Positions 1 through 11,974 of a DNA stretch of 64,000 bases are shown here, piece after piece. The notes below the pieces were generated by a model. The model worked only from the letters and a program-made list of their open reading frames with translations, was not told the origin of the DNA and made no database searches. Positions within the stretch are counted from its first letter, which is position 1, and each line of letters starts with the position of its first letter. Both the position numbers and the translations under genes were made by a program. Source of the stretch: Eledone cirrhosa (taxonomy: Eukaryota); the NCBI GenBank assembly GCA_964016885.1, contig OZ024742.1, positions 92,628,001 to 92,692,000 of the forward strand. The letters are read 5' to 3'.

Positions 1-317
1 AAAGTAAAAAAAAAAGGAAATAAAAATAAAAATAACGTCTCCCATGCATCGACAGAAAGTAATAACTTTTCTAAAAATATTTCAACTATGGGGTCATTTC
101 TTTTTAGGTTTTGCATATCCTCTAAATTCAGTGCCCATGTTGAAGTACCATGCAGCATTTTCACTATGTATGCAGGCATAACTACACATATCCATTGCTT
201 ATAGAGAGAATCCCTTCATCGTCAACAAAAGTCGTAGCTCCCTAAACTTTTTTCACGCTAAGCACTGACAGTCTGGACAAGTATCCACTGAGCAACCTAG
301 TATTGTAATGAGGTAAT

Positions 318-600
318 TCTGGCGCCACAATAAAAAGCATCTGGTCCACCCTGTAAGATGGTAATGGTGCCATGCTAAAAAGCATCCAGTTCACCTTGTA
401 AGGTGGTTATATTGGTACCATGAGAAAAGCACCCAACCCACTTTGTAAAGTGGTAATGTTAGTGCCATGATAAAAAGCACTCAGTCCTCCCTATAAAATG
501 GTAGTGTTGGTACCACAGTGAAAAGCATCCAGTCCACCTTTTAAAGTGGTAGTGTTGGTGCCATGAGAAAAGCACCCAATTCACCCTGTAAAGTGGTAGC
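318..600 (+). repeat. About 41-bp minisatellite derived from the RTE 3'-UTR unit
   Basis: gtgccatgataaaaagcacccagtccaccctgtaaagtggtagtgttg-like unit about 7 times; also at 7120-7340 and inverted at 18490-18650. Confidence 0.85.
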
Positions 601-609
601 ACCAGAGAG

Positions 610-1345
610 ACAATAAAATTCAGATATTGAATTTTGTGACAAACTCTGAAATGCAATATTACAGTCAGATTGATTACTACCAATGGTTTCAACCCCAAAG
701 GTGCCTATGTTGGTTTAGTCACACACTCTGCCGACTATGAGGTGGACTCATTCACAATGCAGTCGTGCCATAGCCCCTCATAGATGGCATAAATTGTGAG
801 GCAGATGGTTGAAAACTTGGATTGACACAATAAAATCGGATCTTTGGCTAATATCTGGTTCTTGAAAAAATGGTCTCAGCCACTGGAATCATGATTAGTT
901 GTGCATCATCTATACTGGATGTCTGTGATTGCAGTATATGGGCATCTTCTGTTTATGATGCCATCAATGCACTTGTTGGAACTGGCATATATGGTGTCCA
1001 CCATTGAAATCGTGAATAACTTACAATATCTAAATCAGATGTATGTGACTGCTGTGTCTGAGTGACATCTGTTTGTGATGCTTTGTCAATGCACTGTTTG
1101 GAGCTGGTTTATATGGAGCCTGCCATTGGAATGATGACTGGTCGACAATATCAGTGTTGTAGGTCTGTGATCACTGTACAAGGGCATCCTCTCTTCATGA
1201 TGCTGTGGATGCACTGGCTAGAGCCAATATAAATGGCATCCACTGTTGGAATCATGAGTGGCTGACAATATATGTATTGGTTGTCTGTGATCACTGTGAG
1301 GGGTGGCTTCTTTTCACGGTGTTGTAGATGCACTGACACAAGTGC
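610..1345 (+). mobile_element. Degenerate RTE-like 3' fragment whose last about 120 nt are tandemly repeated about 4 times
   Basis: Translates QRCLCWFSHTL (about QRRLRWFGH), GRWLKTWIDTIKSDL, HWNHD...IWASSVYDAINA. Repeat units start near 880, 1000, 1123 and 1241. Confidence 0.65.
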
Positions 1346-1441
1346 AATTACAAATAAGTTATACTGGTAAATGTTAGAGGAAAACCCCCAAAAGAAATAA
1401 TGTGACAATGTAGAGGTGAGAAAAATAAATGAGATACTCAC

Positions 1442-1555
1442 AGAACGGCAATAGTCATTGATCAAAGAGAATACCACTCCTCGATCCATCAGAGACAGCA
1501 GATCAAACAGGAAAAAGGCTAAACTTGAATTTAATGAACGAATGAGACCTTGGTC
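1442..1555 (-). CDS. DOCK7: DOCK7-like exon DQGLIRSLNSSLAFFLFDLLSLMDRGVVFSLINDYCRS
   Basis: ttttag/gtgagt, 114 nt, phase 0 to 0. Confidence 0.96.
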
Positions 1556-2364
1556 CTAAAAACATGCAACAACACAAAAATAAGTGTTAACCATTTTATA
1601 TTATATAGCCCATGTGTTTCAATAATCTTTTTAAATAATCAAGATTTGGGAAAGATTTAGTAAAATAAACTTTTTAATTTTTAAGCTAATATTTGGAACA
1701 TTACCTAACAAGCTTGTTATATAAAATTATGTTTGAAGCTTTCAATTTACATATGAACACTTTAAAACGGGGAGCAGTTTTGCATCATAAAACAAGGGGC
1801 AATTCAAGTGCAGTGATATCAAAAGTGTTAACTTTGTATCAATTTAATTTCTTTGTTATATATTTTCTGCTATTTATCAAGTGACCCTCCTGTTCATGTA
1901 CATAAAGACCCAAATAAGAAAACAAAAATCCATAATTTAAATAATATTGAAAAAGAAAACCTTTAACCTTTTCTCTCTGTATTTTACCTTATTCTGTAAT
2001 AACCTAATCTGTAGTGTGAATACTGTGATTGAGTCTACACATTAAAGACAGTGATACTGCATAAACAATATCTGCCACAGATCAGTACTTTACTTATAAA
2101 CAAGGATTGGCCTGAAGAAAGGTATCCAACCATAGAATACTGTCTAAAGACAATTCTCATTAAAACCATGCCAGCATGGAAACATCACTGTCAAAATAAT
2201 ATATATAAACCATGCTAGCGTGGAAGAACGGACGTAAAACGGTGATGATGAAACACATATTTGGATTTGCTAACAGGAAGAAAAAGCACTCAATATCAAA
2301 GTGGAGTAGAATATTAATTTATTATATTACTAAGAATACTCACAGTTGCTACTTATATATATAT

Positions 2365-2444
<80 letters not shown>

Positions 2445-2826
2445 ATGTGTGTGTCAAGGTTCAATCGGGGAAAACCACAGTAAGTAGGGTGCTCAATACT
2501 TAGTAGAGTATTCGTTTAGAACAAATGAACCTTAAAATATGTGTGGGTGTCCATATGTATATGTTTGTCCATAGGTACTTAAGTGTGAATGCTTTTTATA
2601 TGTGCCATTGTATTAATGTATATATTTCTCTAAATGTAGGTTTTTCAAAGAATCCCTATTCTTTAAAATCCCTTGGTTGATGAACTCCACCCATCCTAAT
2701 CACCACCTTTCCCAACCACCTGAAAATGCATAAATACCACCCTACCACAATGACAGTTGGCTTTCCTGCTGATTTCCTTCAAATGAAAAAGTTCTAGTCT
2801 TGTAGAAGCCATTTCTATATTAAATA

Positions 2827-2854
<28 letters not shown>

Positions 2855-2857
<3 letters not shown>

Positions 2858-5284
2858 GCCAAAAAGCAGGCTTGGAAAGTATGGCGGGATGGGGGAAGTA
2901 GAGAAGACTATCAAGTGGCCAGGAGGGAAGCTAGGAGACAAGTGTACTTAGCAAGAAGGGAAGCTGAGGAAAGAAAGTTCAAGCATGTTCTACAACGCGA
3001 TGACCAAAAACGTGAGGTGTTCAGGATTGCTAGGCAATGCGTCAAGGAAAACCGTGATATTGTCGGGGAGAAGTGTGTACTAAACGACGATGGCACACTT
3101 GCCATCACCGACGCTGATAAGAAGGTAGCTTGGAAGTGTCACTATGAAAGGCTACTAAATGAGGAGAATAAATGGGAGAAAGACAGTCTCCCCCATATCG
3201 ACCCAATAGAGGGACCAGCAGTGTTAGTCGAGGGGAGTATAATAAGTAAGGCAATCAAGGATATGAAGACGGGTAAGGCGGCTGGGCCTTCGGAAATAGT
3301 TGCTGAGATGCTGAAGGCATCTGGCACGGTGGGACACACCATGGTCACCCGCATAGTTAACCAAGTCGTACAGAATGGGGTTGTTCCGAAGGACTGGCAT
3401 AGCAGCATCATCGTTAACTGTTATAAGGGTAAAGGAGACGCCCTAGATAGGAGTAACTATAGAGGCATTAAATTAATCGACCAGGTCATGAAGGTCACGG
3501 AAAAAGTAATAGCGCAACTAATCAGAGAGAGAATTGACCTAGATGAAATGCAGTTCGGGTTTGTGTCAGGCAAAAGTACCACAGACGCTCTTTTCATAGT
3601 ACGACAACTACAGGAGAAGTACCTAGCTAAAGGTAAACCCCTCTACTTAGCTTTTGTCGACTTGGAGAAAGCCTTCGACAGAGTCCCCCGCTCCATTATC
3701 TGGTGGGCTCTTAGAAAACTAGGCGTTGACGAATGGCTTGTGAGGGCTATACAAGCCATGTATAAAGAAACAGTCAGCAAGGTTAGAATTAACAACGAAT
3801 ATAGTGAAGAGTTTAGCGTAAAAGTTGGCGTCCATCAGGGCTCTGTTCTCAGCCCCCTACTATTTATTATTGCCCTTCAGGCTATAACAGAGGAGTTCAA
3901 GACAGGCTGCCCATGGGAACTCCTATACGCAGACGACCTGACACTCATAGCGGAATCAATGGCCGAGCTAGAGAAGAAATTCCAAACATGGAAGCACGGC
4001 CTAGAGTCAAAAGGACTTAAAATTAACCTGGCTAAGACCAAAGTACTAGTTTGTAGGAAAGAAAACAAGGCGGCGGTCCCTTCTGGGAAATGGTCGTGCT
4101 CGGTGTGTAGGAAAGGCGTAGGTAGAAACTCCATTTTATGTCCTAAATGCAAAGTATGGGTGCATAAAAGATGTAGTGGGATCACAGGTAAGCTAACTAA
4201 GAACATAGATTTTACATGTGGCCGGTGTTCTGGTGCAATAAGTAGCAGCAAGTGCCCACAAAATACTAGCTCTTTCAATTGCGCAGAGGGTTCTATAGAA
4301 ATAGTGGACAGCTTCCGTTACCTGGGCGATAAAATCAGCAGTGGGGGAGGGTGCTCTGAAAGTACTGTAGCTAGAGTCAGAACTGGTTGGAAAAAGTTCA
4401 GAGAGCTTATACCACTATTAGCTGCTAAAGGGTTCTCCCTAAAAATGAAAGGCAGGTTGTACGATGCCTGCATACGAACAGCAATGCTGCATGGCAGTGA
4501 GACCTGGGCATTGTGTGCAGAGGATATACGCAGACTAGAGAGGAACGAAGCTTGCATGCTCCGCTGGATGTGTAACAGTAATATACGTGAACGGCAAAGC
4601 ATAAACGAACTAAGGAAAAAATTAGAGATAAGAGGGATCAGATGTTGTTTACTCGAGAGAAGGCTACGTTGGTATAGACACGTGATGCGCATGAAAGTCG
4701 ATAGCTGTATAACAAAGTGCAGGGCAATAAAGATAGACGGTAGTCACGGAATAGGCAGACCTAGAAAAACCTGGGACGAGCTGATAAACTCCGACATCAC
4801 ACACTTACACCTCTCCAAGACAATGTCACTGGACCGAGACCTTTGGCGGTACTCAGTAACAGAGAAGACCCGCCTTACCTAAATATATAGTAAAACCTAC
4901 TCCAGCCAGTAGGCATCTCTAACAAAATACACCCCGTCCCACCACCACCACCCCCACCCCATCCACACCACCCCGTTCTATGTAAAGTTATGTTGGTGCC
5001 GCGCCATCGAGGCCGAAACAAATGAGATCGTGTAGGTGTCACGACAAAAAAACACACAGTCCACGCTGTAATGTGGCCGTGTAGGCAACACGGTAAAAAC
5101 CTCCCAGACCCACACTGTAAATGTGGTTGGTGTTAGGAAGGGCATCCAACTGTAGAAAACCTGCCAGACAGTCCTATGCGAGCAAGACAATCACTCTTGC
5201 CTCAAGTGGGACTACCCCCGTCCAAACCCATGCAAGCGTGGAACACGGACGTTAAACGTTGATGATGATGATGATGATGATGAT
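2855..5284 (+). mobile_element. 5'-truncated RTE-clade non-LTR retrotransposon with open RT ORF, about 400-nt 3' UTR and (GAT)n tail
   Basis: Frame open from 2855 (NAKKQAWK...) to 4882 with NYRGIKL, QFGF, FVDLEKAFD, GVHQGSVLSP, YADD, FRYLG, RLRWY.H, GRPRKTW. Ends in cccatgcaagcgtggaa...ggacgttaaac(gat)n. (TA)n on both sides. No endonuclease domain. Confidence 0.95.
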
Positions 5285-5538
5285 ATATATATATAAATGT
5301 AATGGATTGTAAGATTTATATGTACATAAATAACAACAACAAACATCAAACATTTACTGGTGTGATGGAGATGTATTTATTATACACACAGCAGCTATAG
5401 TAGTAAGGCTAGTTTGAACTTAGTAATGGTACTGTGATAATTATTCCAGCACCATAAACTCATGATAAAAACATCAGCAATCCAGAGACTACTGTCTACA
5501 AAAACAAGAAATATCCAACAACTACAAAAATAACAAAC

Positions 5539-5679
5539 CTTCATGAAACGTGTCACAATTTCTCGGATGAGGTTCTGCACCAGTTGGCGGACATCATCGA
5601 TGAAGTGATCACTGAAACGTAAACTGCGGTGTATAGTAAGCTTATCGGTCTTCTCAAGGTGTTCTGCCATTCCTTTTAT
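5539..5679 (-). CDS. DOCK7: DOCK7-like exon IKGMAEHL...RFSDHFIDD...IVTRFMK
   Basis: ttacag/gtttgt, 141 nt, phase 0 to 0. Confidence 0.94.
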
Positions 5680-5749
5680 CTGTAATGAAAGCAAGAAAAA
5701 AAAAAGAGGAAATTTACAACTCACACCTATACAAGAGGCTAATCATAGG

Positions 5750-6145
5750 CAAAAACAGATATATAAACTCTACTGGGTAGGAAATGACGATGAGGTAGGA
5801 GGTGTAGGCATCTTACTAGTTGATAAATAGGTAGATAAAGTGATAGAAGTAGTTAGAATAAGTGACAGAATCATCAAGCTTAGAATAGCTGTAGGAAATA
5901 GAATGATGACAATTATAAATACCTATGACCCACAGGCAGGACTAAGTAAAGACCAAAAGGACAGGTTCTATGAGGAACTTTTACAGACAACTCCAGGGAC
6001 TGATGAAAGAGACATCATCATCCTGGCAGGCAACTTCAATGGACATGTGGGATAGTACCTGGACGGATTCAGTGGAGTCTACAGCAGGTACTTTTATGGC
6101 TCAAGAAATGAAGAGGGATTGAGGCTCCTGGAATTCTGTGACATG
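5750..6145 (+). mobile_element. RTE LINE apurinic-endonuclease fragment, degenerate
   Basis: YKLYWVGN...GVGILL...SDRIIKLRI...YDPQAG...KDRFYEEL...AGNFNGHVG with stop codons. Confidence 0.85.
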
Positions 6146-6164
6146 AAACCAGCCAGCCAGCCAC

Positions 6165-6415
6165 CAGAACAGCATGCTTGTGAAATTAACATGCAAATAG
6201 CTGAACATTCCCCAGACAAGTACATCCTTAATATAATTCTCAGGGAGATCCAGTGTGACAGTGTATGACAAGGCTGGTCTTTTGAATTACAGGTACAACT
6301 GATTTTTGCCAGCTGTGTAGTGTAGACTAATGTGAAATAAAGCATCTTGTTCAAGGAGACAACATATTGCCAGAAATCGAACTCACATTGTAAGCCTAAC
6401 AACTAAGCCACATGA
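6165..6415 (-). mobile_element. SINE family C
   Basis: gtgaaattaacatgcaa...cagggagat...tttgaattacaggtac...gtgaaataaag body recurs at 17430-17740 and partly at 47590-47705. Confidence 0.65.
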
Positions 6416-6944
6416 CTTCACAATCCAGTTATGAAACTTATTTATTTAACAAATAATAATAGGGTAGAGAGAGAGTCACATAGAAGTTGTAACAACCTCT
6501 CTCACATAGGTGTCATAATAAAATGTACTCAGTACTCTCTCTTGTCATTTGAAAGGGCATTCAGGCCTTAGAAATCATGCCAAAAATAGTGTATAGAGGA
6601 CTTTTCAGTCGTGTCAAGGACAAAACAACCTCTCTAGAACTAATGCCACTATTAAATGCAGCCAGTACACTATGAAAAGTGGTTGGCATTAGGAAGAGCA
6701 TCCAGGTGTAGAAATCATTATAAAATGTATCTGAATGAGACATGGTTCCCTCAAACTGTCTAGGAGGGCAGTAACTTTGAATAAGTACTGACTTGGTCAG
6801 TAACAACACATTCAATTCATGCTAGTATGGTAAAACAGATATACAATGATGATGATGATGAAAGAAAAACTTTACATATTAATGAGTTGTCACATTACAC
6901 AAGTGGACAGCAAGACAAGAATCTTGATTTGATGTTGTACTTAC

Positions 6945-7040
6945 AATAAGATTTAAGAAGAACCAAGCATTGGCAAGTGTTGCTTCTTTGATGGAACCAC
7001 TTGCCATTACCCATTGCACTGCTAGTTCTTCATGGACAAG
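6945..7040 (-). CDS. DOCK7: DOCK7-like exon LVHEELAVQWVMASGSIKEATLANAWFFLNLI
   Basis: cacag/gtaagt, 96 nt, phase 0 to 0. Confidence 0.96.
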
Positions 7041-8835
7041 CTGTGTATGAGAGAGGGAAAGAAAATAATTGACAATATAAAAAATAACAGTGAACACAAA
7101 AATCAAATATACATGTAGTAATGAGGTCACATGATAAAAATCAAATATACATGTAGCACTGGTCACATGATAAAACACACCCAGTCCACTCTGTAAGTTA
7201 GTCACACTAGCATCAAGACAAAAAGCACCCAGTCTACCCTGTAAGGTGATCGTTCTGGTGCCATGACAAAAGTACTTGGCTCACCCAGTGATGTGGTAGT
7301 GTTGGTATGAGAAAAAACCTATCACTACACACTGTAAGGGGATTGACATCAGGAAGGGCATCCAGCTGCAGAAAACCAAGCCAAAAATGGAGCATATGAG
7401 CAAGACATGGTCACCAGAACTATCTGGCCATAGAACAGGACAGCTCAAATAACCCATGCAAGCATGGAAAATAGACATTAAATGGTGATGATGATGGTGA
7501 TAACATATAGTTAAAAACATTTAGGGACATATCAAATGGCTAACTGTAAAGATGAGGTTGACAGAAGACATCACTAAAAGGAAGTAGACCAACAATGAGG
7601 ACCTTTGGGCCCAGCTGTGCCTAAATTCCTCATTAGCATTCTATTAGGCCAAATATAGGCTTATATAGCACTCTTTGAACGCAGATAAATTTCAATGGAA
7701 TCAAAATTTATTTAACCTGTTTATTACCAGCCCACCCAAAACTGCCTTTGGTTCTATAAAACAAAATCACTCATAAATAGTTTATGTTTAAATTAAAATC
7801 TTCAAACTTAGTTTTATATAAGAACGTAGTTTTACATAATATTAAGTTATTATCTTAGTAATGAAGTAATGAATAATTTTAGGAAATCCTTTAAAATTCC
7901 TCATTAATTAATTGAAATAGAGTATTTTATTAGAAATATGTTTACGAAAGGGTTAGACTTTTACTTTACATATTTTTTAACTTACAAATATATCATCGTC
8001 ATTTGATGACTGCTTTCTCTGCTAGTAAGGGATGGATGGCTCTACATAGACCAAGTCCTATAGCAGTGCTACTGACCTACCAGACAAGCCAAGGGGTCTC
8101 CATCCTGCTTATATACTGTCATATGTTCTATCAAGTGCAGAGGAAAAGTTATGTCTTTTAACACAAACTGAAGGGTCATCCCAACTCCATGTTTAGTAAG
8201 CTTTTTATGGTTGGAAGCCTTTAACACCAACTACTTTACAGTGTGTACTGAGTGCTTTTATTGGGTAGTTCACCAACACTGGAGAGGTTGTTGTCTTTGA
8301 AACAACTAAAGAGTCCTCTCTAACCTTTTAGGATTGGTTTCTACAGCAGGATGCCCTTCATGTCCCCAAACACCCTTACAGAGTGTACCAGGTGCATTTG
8401 CGTGGCACCATCATTAGCATGGTTGTTGGTTATAGACCCAATGATAGAGCTCTCTCTGCTCTGGGGAGGGTGAACAATAGGGAAGTGAGATAGGTATGAA
8501 GTTATAGGTATATCTGGTGATTGGGTAGAGCAATGAGTACAAGATATGGATGGCTGATTCATGTAAGGGGAAAGGGGGATGTAGTGGTGTGAAGGATGTG
8601 GTTGATAGAGTGGGAGGGAGTGTGGTGGAGTGATAGGGAAGGGCGGGTATAATATATGTATGTATATATATCATCATCGTGATGATGATATATATATTCA
8701 TTTTATATATATTCATTATATATATATTCATTTTATTATAAAAATCATTTCTATAGGAGTAGAACTGTTTCATTCATAAGAAATCATCAGGAAAGTTCTG
8801 ATTTTCTAGGAATGACCCAATCCTTTGATACTTAC

Positions 8836-8921
8836 TTTTTTGCCTCTGATCTTAGGGAATGTTGAAATTCCATACTCAGATCCTCGCATGCTGCCAGTTC
8901 GATCAATGGGACCTTTGGTAA
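8836..8921 (-). CDS. DOCK7: DOCK7-like exon FTKGPIDRTGSMRG...PKIRGKK
   Basis: ctgtag/gtaagt, 86 nt, phase 1 to 0 bridging its neighbours. Confidence 0.87.
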
Positions 8922-8989
8922 CTACAGGAAGAAGAGAAAGGAAATATTACAAACATATAACAACAGAATGGGGAGTGTTGTAGTTTCAT

Positions 8990-10116
8990 TAAAGTATTGG
9001 GAGAATATATAAACAAGGGCAAATGTGATGCTCTAGAAAGGAGCAACTATAGAGGAATAAAACTAATGAACCAAGTTATGAAAGTGAAGGAAAGAGACAA
9101 ATTAGATGAGATGCAGTTTGGTTTCATGATTAGGAAAGGTACTAAAGAAGTTACTAGCCAAGAATAAGCCGCTATATTTAGTTTTTATTGATCTAGAAAA
9201 GACTTTTGACAGATTACTTTGATCTATTATCCAGTTGTCCATGGGAACTTCTCTATGCAGATGATTTGGTCCTTAAAGAACTAAAAAATAAGTTCTGTCT
9301 ATGGAAATGGAATTTGGAATCAAAGGGTCTGAGGGTAAAGTTAGCCAAAACTAAAGTGCTAGTGAGTAGGAAAGAAGATCAGACCCTGTAGAAAGGGTGT
9401 AGGCATAAATTCCATACCATGTACACAATGTAAATCTTGGGTACACAAGAGATGTAGTGGGATAATGGGTAAACTAACAATGGAAGACTTGGTATGTAGA
9501 AGATGCACAGGGGAAGAGCATCAGTGACATAAACCTTTTCAAGTGACAGGAAGGGTCCATAGAAGTGGTTGATAGGATCTGCAATTTATGTGACATAATT
9601 AGCAATGAGGGAGGGTGATCTAAGAGCATAACAACTAGAATACGGATAGGAAGGACTATTGACAACAAAAGATTTCTCCCTGCATACACCTGCGTGCGAA
9701 GTGCAATTCTTCATGTTAGTGAAACATGAGCTTTGACAGCAGTGGACAAGCATAGACTGGAGAGAAATGAAGCAACCATGCTTCGTTCAATGTACAATGT
9801 AAGAGAAAGGCAGAGCTTCGGTGAGCTGAGGGAAAAGCTGGGTTTAAGAGGAATCCGAGGTAGTGTGCAGGAGAGAAGACTGATTGGTACGGACATGTAA
9901 TGCGCATGGATGATGATCGATAGGTGAAGAAATGCTAGTGGAAGGAAGCTGCAATAGAAGTCGACCAAGAAAGACCTGGATAGAGCTGACATCAAATCAT
10001 TGAGACTCAAAAAGGAGTCAATGAAGGAGCTCAAAGAGTGAAGAGATGCTGTGATGAGGAAGACCTGTCTAACCCATGCAAGTGTGGAAAAACAGACGTA
10101 AAAATAATGATGATGA
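8990..10116 (+). mobile_element. Degenerate RTE LINE RT and 3' end (short-UTR type)
   Basis: NYRGIKL, MQFGF, CPWELLYADDL, PHD remnant (CRKGVGINSIPCTQCKSWVHKRCSG); tail aacccatgcaagtgtggaaaaacagacg...(atg)n. Confidence 0.88.
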
Positions 10117-10194
10117 CAGAATGTCCCAAAAGTCATAAGACAATTTTATATAAATATATATATGAAATTGTCTAGTGACTTTTTGGACACCCTG
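10117..10194. mobile_element. 78-bp mariner-like mini-MITE
   Basis: 30-nt arms cagaatgtcccaaaagtcataagacaattt and aaattgtctagtgactttttggacaccctg (25/30 complementary). Confidence 0.7.
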
Positions 10195-10438
10195 TGTGCG
10201 TGTGTATGTGTGCATATATATATAAATATACATACATACAGTGTGTTAGAAGGCTACTATAATGTAGTTATGTAGTTTGAAGATTAAAAATCAACAAGAA
10301 CAAAGATATTGAATTGCACATAGCTTAGTGATTAGGGAAATTGTTTTAAGTTCGATATTTGGCTGTGCATTGTCCTTTTAACACCCTTTTTTTTATATGA
10401 TAAAAGAAACTTTAGATATATACAGGTTTTGTTATATA

Positions 10439-10661
10439 TCGTATTTGCCAGCCTATTGGACGCACATTAAAAAAAATATTCCCTGCATCAAATATACCTG
10501 TATCACCGATGGGAGGCTGAACGGACCTTAAATAATAAATGTACAATGAGAAAAACAATGAAATAATTTTCAATAAATCTATGAAGAAATGAACTAAAAT
10601 ATCCTTGTAAAACCAAGGGGTGTCTTATATGAAGGTGTATCCAATAGGCCAGCAAATACAG
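10439..10661. mobile_element. Tc1/mariner-superfamily (Tc2/pogo-like) MITE
   Basis: TIRs cgtatttgccagcctattggacgcac and gtgtatccaataggccagcaaatacag, in a TA context. Confidence 0.7.
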
Positions 10662-10846
10662 TATATATTTTTTTCTTTGCATCATGTCTGTTTAATTATA
10701 TTTTCATCATTAAACAATAAGGAAGCCAAAAAGAAGAAAAATAGAGAGACAATAAAAATTAAGGAATGATTTGATAAAAGATTAACAGTAAATACAAAAA
10801 GGAAAAGCCTAAAATAGTGAAAGAATGACAACATTGAATAACTTAC

Positions 10847-11005
10847 AGTTAAGTATAGAAATAACCTCAGCATCTGGAGTTGTTGGTGTGCTGCCTGATA
10901 GGTCGGGATCACTGCTGCTACGTTGATAACCTTGTTTGTTAACTGGCAGCGATGATGGACGACCCAAGGTAGGATATTGGCCAGTAGGGCTGCCCAGGCA
11001 GGAGA
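10847..11005 (-). CDS. DOCK7: DOCK7-like exon VSCLG...RPSSL...SSSDPDLSGSTPTTPDAEVISILN
   Basis: ctttag/gtaagt, 159 nt, phase 1 to 1; resembles the SNSNPDISGTPTSPDDEV region of vertebrate DOCK7. Confidence 0.9.
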
Positions 11006-11302
11006 CTAAAGGAGATAGAGAAAGATATGATGTGAACATATTGACACTACATTTATATTATGTATATATATATAAACGGAAAAAAAGAAACAAAATTTCA
11101 TTTCTCACTCTTAGTACGGCTGTTACTTATATTTATATATATGATGAAATACCAATGATGGTTGGCAAATCACTGATGAGGGACTAATTTTATAATATGT
11201 AACCCATGTGCAACCATGCAGTATTCCTCTTTCTTCCCATGCTTTATATATATATATATATATAGTTAAAAGAATAGAGGTGTAACACACAAGTTATTAT
11301 AT

Positions 11303-11909
11303 ATTGGTAAACGGAATAGAAAATGCTGACAAATTGTTCACAGTTGAAAAATGTTTTAATTAGGAATAAAAGAGTATTAGTGATTGTATGGGTTAGTATT
11401 CAGTTGTGTTTTTAAGTTTTTACCGGTTGCGCATTTCTAAATGCTTTTCAAAAATAATTTTGAGATAGAGTGTCCGTGCTGTTTGCTCTGATCTGATTAG
11501 TTTTGGGAATTCTACCTGTTTTTATGTTAAAAAAGTGGCTCCAGCGTTACTTTGGTGTTGCAAAAATTCTTGTGGTCAAAACAATTTTGATTGGTCGGTA
11601 GAGGTCATGTGAATGTAAAAAATTGATTTTGCGCCAAGACTGTTTTTATGTTAAAAAAGTGGCTCCAGCGCTATTTGGTGTTTGCAAAAGTTCTTGTGGT
11701 CAAAACAATTTTGATTGGTCGGTAGAGGTCATGTGAATAAAAAATTGGTTTTGCGCCAAGATTGAGAAATGACTCTTTCACAACAAATATGTGTGTGTGT
11801 GTGTGTGTGTGTGTAGTAGTAGTAGTAAGGTGTTCGATGTTGTGATAATGGTTAGCAGGGATGTGTGTCAAATGGCTATTAAGATAAGTGTGTGTGTGTG
11901 TGTGTGTGT

Positions 11910-11974
<65 letters not shown>

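Noticed and set aside
318-600. Regularly spaced repeats resembling a CRISPR array
   Set aside because: Degenerate tandem units with no unique spacers and no cas genes; eukaryotic context; derived from a retroelement UTR
3142-4692. Minus-strand ORFs of 89-133 aa
   Set aside because: Antisense shadows of the RT ORF
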